Origin: the human T2T-CHM13v2.0 reference genome, Homo sapiens
Length of the DNA: 64,000 nucleotides
Assembly (NCBI RefSeq): GCF_009914755.1
Contig: NC_060928.1
Direction: 5' to 3' (one strand)
Shown here: positions 41,200 to 51,425 of the stretch, one piece after another
Numbering within the stretch: position 1 is the first letter of the stretch
Layout of the letters: each line of letters opens with the position of its first letter
Position numbers and translations under genes: made by a program
Notes under the pieces: generated by a model
Told to the model about the DNA's origin: nothing
Databases searched by the model: none
The model's input: only the letters and a program-made list of their open reading frames with translations

Positions 41200-44100
41200 C
41201 CCTGGGGGGAAGGGGCGGGGACGCCGGAATGAATGTGGTGGGGAGGAGTCCCACGCTGCAGCCCTGATGGCACACGAAAGGCTTTTATGAAGCGGAGCTG
41301 GCCCGGGGTTACTATGGGAGCTCGCCGTGGAACCCGTTCCACGCATCCGAGTGTGTAAATAACCACGCGGAGCGTGTTTGTTCCAGGGACTTTGTTCCTT
41401 CTTACCCAAGTGAAAATGCCTGGAATATAGCCGAGGCTTCATGTTTACCCTACAGAAACACCCTCGGCGGCTCTACGACGTCGGTGACAGCACTCCTACC
41501 AGCGCCTAAAAACAGAAACAAGCTTAGAGGGCGCTACCTAGGGCTACAAGGAGGCCCTAGATCGGGGACTCGGGGTCTAGAGGTGCGCGGCGAGGCGCTC
41601 AGCGGACTTCAAGCCGGCAGAGCCCAGACGCTAGTTCACCACAGGACCCCCGGGCTGGGCCGGGCTCCCGCGTTGCGCTGGGGGCCCCTCGGGCGCCTAT
41701 TTCTACGCGGGTCGCACAGTGCAGGCGCCGGTCGGGGTCCCGGGCCTCAGTTTCCCCCGCGGGCCAGCCCCGCTCTGGGAAGCCCGAGTGGTGCAGCAGG
41801 GCTTCTCCCCACCCAGGGCGGAACCGAGGTGACAGGAAGGAGGAGGCACCGCGAGGGGCGGAGACGCGTGCGACCCAGGCAGACTCTGCGCGGATCCCGC
41901 GCCAAGGAGGGGCCGTTGCCCAGGAACCGTCCCTCCCTCCCGCGCGTGCTTGCCCTCGTGCGCGCGCCCGCCCAATGCTCCCGACCACTGTTTGCCAGCC
42001 GACCCCCACCCCAACCGGCCTGTCCATTTCCCCGGGAGCGGAGAGACCCAACGGGACACGCCGCTCGCTCCCGCCCTCCCGGGAGCGCGAGCGCGCCCTC
42101 GGCTGCGTCTGCATAGTAATGAGGGGCGGGGAGGGGCGACGGGGACGCGGTGGCCTCGCGCCCGCGCGTGCCGGGACGCACCGCGGGGGGCGGCGCGATT
42201 GTGAGGTGGCGCTGACGCACGTTCCGGGGTTCTTAAGCGGCCAGGGCGGCTACGGCGACTGCGACGGCGGCGGCGGCGGCGATCGCCGCGAGGGGTGGTG
42301 GGGCCGAAGTCGGTGCCCCCTGGCTCAGTCACGGTGTCCCTCTCTCACTGACTCCCCCTCCTTCCACCACGGCCGCGCAACCCCAGCGCCGGCGGCTTCC
42401 TAGGTGGGGCAGGGGACGAGGAGCGTCTCCTCCCGCTGCCGGCGGCCTGATAAATGAGGGATTTCGGGTTTGGGGTGCTGCAGACCGCCCCGCTCCGAAG
42501 TAGCAGTCCTGGGCCCCTGTTCTGCGGCGAGGCGTATGGTCCTTACGCCGTGGGGTCCGTCAACCCGCTGCCCTCCGCCACGCCCTTCGGCCCACTGTCG
42601 CCACCACCGTTGCCTGTCACCGGCTTCTTAGAGGCCGCCTCCCCCTTCTCCGTCCCCCTCGGCGGCGGCGCGGGCAGCCCGGCCGCCGCCGCTTCCTCTT
42701 CCTCCCCGTTCCTGGCGCATCAGCAGACCATGCAGGATGAGCTGCTTCTGGGGCTGACACAGCAGCCGGCGCGGCCGCTTTCGGGGGCGGCGGCCACGGA
42801 GAAACTCCCCGACCACCACCCCGGCGGCGGCACGATCGCGGGTGTGACCCACCTCCTCCCCTCCCAGGACTTCAAACCGAGTCTGCACCACCCCTCCTCC
42901 TCCTCCGCCTCCTCCTGCTGCTGCTGCCGCACCTCCTCCCCGCAGGACTTCAGTAAGCGGCAGCAGCAGCAGCTGAGCAGCCAGAAGAGGAAAGAGTTCA
43001 GCCCTCCCCACCTTCCCCACCCTCCGGACTCGAAGCCGCCGCCGCCGCCTCCGCCGCTCCACTGCCCCGGTCGGTTCAGCCCGCCGCCGCCGCCAGCCGG
43101 CCCGCTCCTCCAGCCGGCGCAGCTCGCTCAGCGCCAGCAGCAACAGCCGCCGCAGCAGTTCAGCCTCCTGCATCAGCAGCACCTCTCGCCGCAGGACTTC
43201 GCCCCGCGGCAGCGTCCGGCAGACCTGCCCCCGCTCCCGCAGCTCCCTCCCTCGCCGCCTGCAGCCCCGCGGCGCCGCCACGGAGGCGCGGGCAGCCCTC
43301 GCAAGACCCCAGCCGCGGGCGAGGGCAGCGCCGCCGAGTCCCCCAATGCGGGCTTGGCCTCCTCGACGCCGGTGAACCCCGCGCCGGGCTCCATGGAGTC
43401 CCCCAACCACCCTCTGCTCAACAGTCCCAGTAACCTCCTGCCCGGAGGTGCGCTTGGCGCGGGCGCCTTCAGCAGCCTGCAGAGCCCGGACCTTCCACAC
43501 CCGGGCGGCGGCGGCGGCGGCGGGGGCGGGGGGCCCCCAGGAGGCGGAGGGGGAGGCGGCTCCGCGTCGCCGCCGCCGCTGCCCGGCTTCGGCACCCCCT
43601 GGTCGGTGCAGACCGCGTCGCCGCCACCCCAGCCCCAGCAGCCGCCGCCGACCCAGCCGCAGCAGCAGCCGCCGCCACCCCAGCAGCCGCCCCAGCCGCA
43701 GCCGCAGCCGCCCGGCTCGTCTGCCACCACCCCGGGCGGCGGCAGCGGCGGCTCGCTCAGCGCCATGCCGCCGCCCAGCCCCGACTCAGAGAACGGCTTC
43801 TACCCCGGGCTGCCGTCGTCCATGAACCCGGCCTTCTTCCCTAGCTTCTCGCCCGTGTCGCCGCACGGCTGCACTGGGCTCAGCGTTCCGACGAGCGGCG
43901 GCGGCGGCGGCGGCTTCGGCGGCCCCTTCTCGGCTACCGCTGTGCCCCCTCCGCCGCCGCCCGCCATGAATATACCTCAACAGCAGCCCCCGCCGCCCGC
44001 GGCGCCGCAGCAGCCGCAGAGCCGGAGGTCGCCCGTCAGCCCGCAGCTCCAGCAGCAGCACCAGGCGGCGGCCGCCGCCTTCCTGCAGCAGAGGAACTCC

Positions 44101-44980
44101 TATAACCACCACCAGGTACGGCGGGCGGCGGCCTGGCCGCGCCGCGGGACCGGGAGACCATGGGCGGGGGACGGAGGCGGGGGCAGGGCAGCCGGGGACC
44201 CGACCTTAGCCCCGAGAGAAGCCGCGACGGGGGCCACTCGCCCAAGTGAGAGTGGAACTGAGGGCGGACAACCGTGACAGGACTCGGAACCCCAGCCCCC
44301 GGTGGGTTGGGAGGGCAGTGGCCACCGTGGGCTGTGGGGGCGTGGGAGACGAGTTCGCGCTGGGAGCCGCGGCTGGCCGGGCGCCCCCTCGAACGTCCCG
44401 GCGCAGCAGTGGGGACTGGGGCAGGGGCCGAATAGCGCCGGGGCCGCGGGCGGCCGGGCGCGGCGTCTCAACCCGGCCCTCCTAGCTGGCGCACCCCGGG
44501 ATCCGCCCTGTGCCCTGGGCCTGGAGGGCCGCCGCCCCGGACCCCCGACGCGGGGAGGCGCGGCGAGGACCGGGGGCTGGCCGGGGGCCTCGGAAGAGCG
44601 GCCGTGGGAAGTGAACTTGGGCAGGGGAAAAATGATTGCTGGAGAAGGTGCGTGCGGAGGAGCCCAAGACTCTGTCTCGCTGTCCAATGAGGGAAGGCGG
44701 AAAGGCTTTTTTTTTTCTTTGGAGTTTGTTTATTCTTATTTGGCCGGCGGTGATCTCGCCTTGAAGCCTCAGCCCCTCGGGCGGTCAGTCGAGCCGCTCC
44801 CAAAGCTCCGCCCGATCAACCTGCTGGCAGCGCCGCACCCTGGGCCGCCGGCCCAGGAGGGAGTCGGGAGGGAGCGGCCGACCGCCCTCCTCGCAGGACC
44901 TGGTTCCCGCGGGGCCGCCTCCTTGGCTGTCACAGGACTGGGAAAGAGAAACTGTTAGTGACCGCTCGGGTTCAAACCGA
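41200..44980. promoter_or_regulatory. CpG island / probably bidirectional TATA-less promoter of CPEB2
   Basis: Abrupt switch to very high GC and CpG; GC boxes GGGGCGGGG near 41212 and 42123; CRE half-site TGACG at 42213; ETS-like TTCCGG at 42222; forkhead-like TGTTTAC at 41442. Confidence 0.92.
42454..44115 (+). CDS. CPEB2: CPEB2 coding exon 1 (554 codons; P/Q/G/S-rich low-complexity N-terminal domain)
   Basis: MRDFGFGVLQ start resembles CPEB4 MGDYGFGVL; CPEB2-4 motifs LPSSMNPAFFPSFSPVSP and RRSPVSPQ...QRNSYNHHQ; donor CAG|GTACGG at 44116; 1662 nt, phase 0. Confidence 0.96.
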
Positions 44981-47084
44981 GATATCCCACGAATGTCTTA
45001 GTTTCTGTGCTTTTCAATGTTGGGGTCATGTTTTGTGGGTTTTAAGACAAAACTGAACTTGGATCTGGGATTGGTGTGTTTCCTCGTAGACTTTCGGTAC
45101 ATTTTTTGGTTGCCTTAACCTTCTACAAGGGAATATGTGGGCCGTGTGTATTTTAAGTAGGTAATATTGTGAAATGACACTGGGCAGAATTTTTATTTTC
45201 CGGATCTTTTTTGATTCAAGATCTTTTTTGTTATTCCCTCAATACAATTTTTGGGTGACCGCTAGATTGGTAAATTGGCATTGAAAGAGTGTCTTGTTGG
45301 TTTTGAATCTTGTTAGCATTTGTTGCAGAGTTCATTCTGTTTAAGTCCATTTTCTATTTTCGTGATTAAGGATTGACAGAGACGCAAAATATGACCTTAA
45401 CCCCATAACTTTTTCAGTTGACCAAAGTTTTCAAGGATTAGTCTTTTTAAAGTGAATATTATCTAAATTAACCCAAGTGAAAGTTAACAGTTTATCTAAG
45501 TTAACCAAAGTGACAGTGAACAGTTTTTGTTGAATCACTGATTTCTTTCTTAGAAAAGAGAATGTGGCCTATGAGGATTGAAAATAGGGATTTTGAAATA
45601 ATGTTCCACTTTTTCATGATTTTTATAACCCTCAGCAACTGTCTTTTGTGTCTCAGGATCTTCATTTTGTTATCTGGAAACTTGCCCACAGAAAATTATC
45701 TGTAGGTAATTTTGTATTTACTTAAAGTTGTGGTACAGAGCGTTGGAAGAACATATACCATGATCCATATTTAACTGTAATTTGCTTTTGGACAAAAGAT
45801 GGGTCTAGCCATGGAGTGTGAGAGGTCACACAGCTTTCATATGGAATTTTAGATCACTGGAAGATAACTTTGAGCATTAAATCATTTAATAAGGAGAGTA
45901 AGGCCCTCAAGAATGAAGTGGTTTGTCCATGGCTCTGTAATTATGCTTTGGACCTCTGTGGAAGAGGAAAGAGTAATAATATACTCATGATTATGTTAGC
46001 ATTTAAAAGTGTTTAAAAATTGGTGCTGTAGATCAGGAGTTTCTCTTTTAATTGTCTTACAAAAAGCAGGTTCAATTTTAAGAGAACCATATTTATTTGT
46101 AGTAACTGTATGGTTCATACTTCTTTAGCTACATCTTAACACCAAAGTATTAAAGTATAAACTTACTGACAGTAGAATTACCAGCAATGAATACTTCTTA
46201 AAAAAAAAAAAAACCCAAAACTACAATTATTAGCGTTTTGATGGATTTACCATTCTTTGATGATTTGACTTGTCTTGCCACAGGTTTGAGATTAGGATGT
46301 AATTTACTTTTGAAAATGAATCAACTTGATGGAGACTTGTATCAAGATCTCTAGTGGAATAATCAAAGCATATAGTTAATTAGCAGTATACCTCAGTGGA
46401 TCCACCTATGGGCAACATCAGATAATTGCTTCACAGTTTATGGATAATTAAGTGAAATAAAAACAATTAAGACAAACTATGCTAAAACTGGAATAAAATG
46501 CCTTAACAGTTAAATAAACAATGCAGAAAAATGACATAGTTTCTATACTGTCCTTATTTCAAAAGGCGATTTTAATTTGTACAAGAGTAATTCCCACTTT
46601 TGTAGTAGTGCAACTTGTTTTGGAAACATAAAGTCTATATATTTCACTTGTATGAGTAGGATATTTTAATTAACAAAGACCATATTTTTAGTTGTGTGCC
46701 TAGCATAATTAATATGGTTGCTTTAAGATCACCATGTATGTTATATCTTTAAGAATCTTCAGAGTTAATTTCAATTTTTTTCTTCATATTTATCATGTAT
46801 ACAGTTATCTCTGAAGGATAAAAAGGAACTGCATGGTTCTATTTTAGTAACTGTCATAAAATATCATGATATTTATAGTATACAAGAAGATGAAAACTTG
46901 ACCAGCATCAAATATGATTTCACATAGAAAGATCTCAAGACTGTTACTTTTATAACCTAGAAAAGATGTATTCTTTTGCCTTTATATATTTCATTCATAT
47001 AAATTCTTAGGTCTGAAATTTGAATTTGAATTTGAATTGTAAATTCTTTAAATGCCGCAATTTAAATAGCTATGTTTTCCCTAG

Positions 47085-47366
47085 CCTCTTCTGAAACAGT
47101 CTCCCTGGAGCAACCATCAGAGCAGTGGCTGGGGCACTGGAAGTATGTCCTGGGGAGCAATGCATGGCAGAGATCATCGTAGAACCGGAAACATGGGAAT
47201 CCCAGGAACTATGAATCAGATATCTCCATTGAAGAAACCGTTTTCTGGTAATGTCATAGCACCACCGAAATTTACTCGCTCAACTCCATCACTGACTCCA
47301 AAATCTTGGATTGAAGATAATGTGTTCAGAACAGACAACAATAGTAATACACTCTTACCCTTACAG
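47085..47366 (+). CDS. CPEB2: CPEB2 coding exon 2 (94 codons, PLLKQSPWSNHQ...NTLLPLQ)
   Basis: Acceptor TGTTTTCCCTAG, donor CAG|GTAAGA, 282 nt in frame; conserved ISPLKKPFS..VIAPPKF motif. Confidence 0.97.
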
Positions 47367-48117
47367 GTAAGAATGGTATGTAAATGACCTTATCTCTAAT
47401 GTTAATCTTTCAAAATAGGGAGTTGGGTGGTGGTGGTAGTGGTATGCTAAAATTAACATTTTTTGAAATAAAGTTTTAATTTTTAAGCATGTAATTTAAT
47501 TAACAAAGGTTAAAATATCTATACAGAGAAAATTGAGAATGTAAAATAATTCTCTAAACACGCAATGGAAAATAAGCTTAGTAAAACGTAGAAAAACCTT
47601 TTGTATTTATTAAATACATACTGAAGCTTTCAATTAGCAGCTCTTTAAGAATGCTTTAATTTATAAATTCTAATGGGCCACCAAAATTTGTTTCTCCTTT
47701 AATATAGCTAAGCTAATATGTTCTGTAATTGTAACTGTTCTTAGAATTGACTATAATTGGCTGTATATATATTAGAATATACTTAGTACAGCTGTGATTG
47801 TGGCAAAATAATATTAGGGCTTTTTTGCATCTAATTTAAATTTATCTTCACTAATTCACCGATTATTTTTTCTAAATGTGGCCTAATACGTTGATTAGAC
47901 TTTTTTTTTCTTTCAGTATTTTTATTATTTTCTTGAAGTTCCCTTATGGCTATTGCAAGTGAGGTTTTTGTTTTGTTTTGTTTTTTTCTTAAACCTTTAG
48001 AGGATGGAATGAGGATTTAAGATAGAGCTTTATTTTTTGTTTTCTTTCTTTCTTTCGTTGGGTGGGTATGGGGAAGACAACTGCTCATTTCTGATGAAAA
48101 CTTCTATGCTATTGAAG

Positions 48118-48207
48118 GTGAGATCTAGTTTGCAGTTGCCAGCTTGGGGCTCAGATTCACTCCAAGATAGTTGGTGCACTGCAGCCGGAACATCCAGAAT
48201 AGACCAG
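48118..48207 (+). CDS. CPEB2: CPEB2 90-nt cassette exon (VRSSLQLPAWGSDSLQDSWCTAAGTSRIDQ), the exon distinguishing CPEB2B from CPEB2A
   Basis: AAG|GTG acceptor, CAG|GTAGGC donor, 30 codons, phase 0/0; peptide recognised from CPEB2 (called exon 4 in some literature). Confidence 0.9.
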
Positions 48208-50871
48208 GTAGGCTGCACAGTGTATACTTTTTAGGATTTCGGTTAGGAGTTTAGTATTTATATTATGAGTAGGATTTATTATTTACTTTCTTATTATACC
48301 TATTGAAACATATGTTAGAGGACACTGAAGCAATTTATTTTTTAAGGATCACCTGCTTTGAACTATTTAATGTAAGAAATTTTTTATTTTCAAATTTAAG
48401 AGTAATCCTTTTATAATTCTAAAACATAATAAACTTTTTTTGGAAAAAGGAATTATATACACAAGAGCACCTGACTTTAAACATCAGTCAAACTAAGCAG
48501 ATTGTATCTCTTTTCAGAATTAAATGCAATTAGGTACAAAATCATATGTTTACTTAACATCTAGCTTTATATTTGATGTTTCATAGAACTTTTCAGTAAA
48601 TTTTTGTCATGAAGTCTGTATTTGTTTTGAGATATATTTCTAAAAAAGACTTCTCTTGGTTCAGTTTTTTCACCTTTATTAAAAAATATATAGCCTAGTA
48701 TTCTAAATTTTGTTACTGCTTTTATACCCTGACTTATTCCAAATAATCAGTTTCCTATGGAGAAACCGTTAGTCAAAAAGCTGGGAGTTAGCCTTAATCA
48801 AATTACATTTACACCTTTGGTGGTTACAAAATGCTATCTTTCTTCCTGCAAACTGAATTTGAATGTATACTAGGTACCAGGTGGTGAGGATTATTATAGG
48901 TTATAGAAAACTCAGTCCTTATATATGCAGGTTCTTTCTTACAGAGCTCAAGTTTGAATGAGCATAGACTTAACGTTGTGTGTGTTATATGAATGGAGCT
49001 ATGTTATTCTAAGTCTCTTCCTTGGTTAATTTATCAACATGAGATGATTTTACAAGTAAGGACATAAACAGATTAATAATACGTTTGTAAGTAACATTCT
49101 AATCTAGAAGGTTAGCATTAATTTTGATAATCAACCACTAACAATTGTTTTAGCCAAGTCCTGCCTGTTTTCCAAAGTAGTCCTGCCAGGGTCTTCACCT
49201 AGAAATGGTAGTTACTTCATGCAATTTGCAACGTATTGTCTTGTTAATATAAGTTAGCTATTTACCTCTACTCTCTTCTCTAGTCTGGTCCAGTTAAGCC
49301 TTATTAGTGACGTTTTTATGGTAGCATTTTTGTATTTAAATTCAATACATGAATGCCTAGGAGATGGTATGTTTAGGAGAAGAAAATTAATGTAATTATT
49401 TTGAAGGTGGCAAGAGAAATGTTTTCAAATAGAAGAGGACATAATTACTCTGTGCAGAAAGAAGCAATAGGATGGATACATATATAGGATACATATATAG
49501 GAGAAATAAGTATCCATGGAAAAGAATACAAATTAGCTGGCATACATGGTCCATGAGGCAGGGACAGATGTTGAGAAATCAGATTATTGAGTTGATTTCA
49601 GTTGGAGGGATGCTAGAGAGGAGATAGGGGTGATAATGAAAGGGAAGCTTTCACACCAGCCTCCGGGGCTGCCCTCCCACTTAGACTTCAATCAAAGCTA
49701 TTCTGCTTTTACCTGTATTATAACCTAAGATTTTAGGGAAATTTATTTTAGGAAAAATGATTTTGGTGCTTAAAGATAAACTTATCTGGTAAACTGCTGA
49801 GATATTGGCATTCCCTTTGGACTTTTGAGCCAGAGGTGTGATGTGATGAAGTAAAACACAGTGGTGGGGGAAAAAAGAGATAATGGAAAGTGAATGGAAC
49901 TGGAAGGAAAGAAGGCCTGAAACTTGGATCTTCTTCCTCTTCCTCATAATCTTTATGACATTGAATGACATAGTTTATAGGTTTTCATCTCTTTGGGTCA
50001 CAGTTTCCTTATCTGTAAAAGGGGGACCTTGAACTGGGTCATTTAAGGCCTTTCCAGCCAGCTTTTAACACTTTCTCTGATCTGTTTTGGCCATTTCTTT
50101 TCCTCCATGCTGCCCCACCCCCCTTGCCTCTATTTTTAGAATACAAGCCTCTTGGTTTCTTTGAGCAAAGGGTCTTAGGCATTAGTCTAAGGCAGTGGAG
50201 GTAGTATGTGACCTTTCAACTGGACTTAAAAGCAGTGTCATTGTCTCCTCTAAGTACCCTAAGAGTACTTACACATAGTTTGTTGTGTGTTTCCATCTTT
50301 CCATAAAAGGTTGAAGTATTTGAAGTTGAGCCTCTTAAAAATACAGCAGCAGCTACAAAATGAAATTGATATCTTAAAATGTTGGGTAGTTTCTCATTCT
50401 TTGGCAAAATTAAAATTATAGAAGATTCTTAGTCACTTAAATGTCTGAGGAGATTATCTGCATTTCTGACCTTTTATCATCATATACAGTGTAATTCTAG
50501 TATATTTTTGTTAACAAGTACATTATTTTACAACATTTTACTTTTTATTTCCTTTAGTCTCAAACTGATTGGGGCCTAGAATATAATACAAAATTCTAGA
50601 ACTGAAGTCTTAATTCTTATACTTGGATACCGCGGGCTTTACCTGTGTCAAGAGCTGAACACGTAATCGAATTCAATAAATAAGAAAGAGCTAGTTTTGT
50701 AGGTTGATTTTTATTTCTGTTAATATGTAAAATTTTGTGGGTTGGAATTTTATTTTAAATAAGATTTTTTAAAAATAGAAAACCCTCAAATTTAAAACTT
50801 TCTAAAAGCAAATATAAATTATTATAAACATTTCTGACTTTAAAATGAGTATTACATACATATCTCTATGA

Positions 50872-51179
<308 letters not shown>

Positions 51180-51304
51180 AGTATATCTACATGAATTTGC
51201 TTAGGGTTATTAATTACTGTACTTTAAAATGTCATTAGCTAGTTACCCTTGCGAGAATCGTACTCAAAAGTTTGAATTCTAAATTATATTACAATGGAAT
51301 TTGC

Positions 51305-51425
51305 AGCCAGATCCAGCAATGTGCACTACTTGGAAGGCTGAGGCAGGAGGATTGAATGCCTGAGCCCCAGAGTTGAGTCCAGCCTCGGCAACATAACAAG
51401 ACACCACCCCCTCTTCCCAAAAAAA
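51305..51425 (+). mobile_element. Alu monomer (FLAM-like) fragment
   Basis: CTACTTGGAAGGCTGAGGCAGGAGGATTG...CCAGCCTCGGCAACATA. Confidence 0.7.

Larger units (their letters stand above)
35034..41800 (-). ncRNA. CPEB2-DT: Divergent lncRNA CPEB2-DT (CPEB2-AS1/DRAIR), 5' part; exon limits inferred, transcript probably extends further left
   Basis: Existence recalled from knowledge of the locus. Sequence shows a - strand donor TGG|GTAAGA (exon edge 41406) at the CpG island edge and a consensus-bounded 97-nt exon at 35034-35130. The start coordinate is a guess. Confidence 0.5.

Noticed and set aside
42454-44277. 607-aa ORF as a complete single-exon gene
   Set aside because: CPEB homology ends at the donor at 44115/44116 and continues in frame at 47085.
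41484-44958. Many long overlapping ORFs on both strands (e.g. 42628-43500 -, 290 aa; 41484-42116 +; 44302-44958 +)
   Set aside because: Stop codons are rare at CpG-island GC content; products are R/G/P/A-rich shadows of CPEB2 exon 1, mostly with non-ATG starts and no recognisable domain.
48037-48234. 65-aa ORF as an independent small protein
   Set aside because: It is the 90-nt CPEB2 cassette exon plus open flanking intron.
45461-49501. Short direct repeats (45461/45494, TTTGAA x3 near 47019, GGATACATATATA x2 near 49474)
   Set aside because: Ordinary slippage duplications with no further support.
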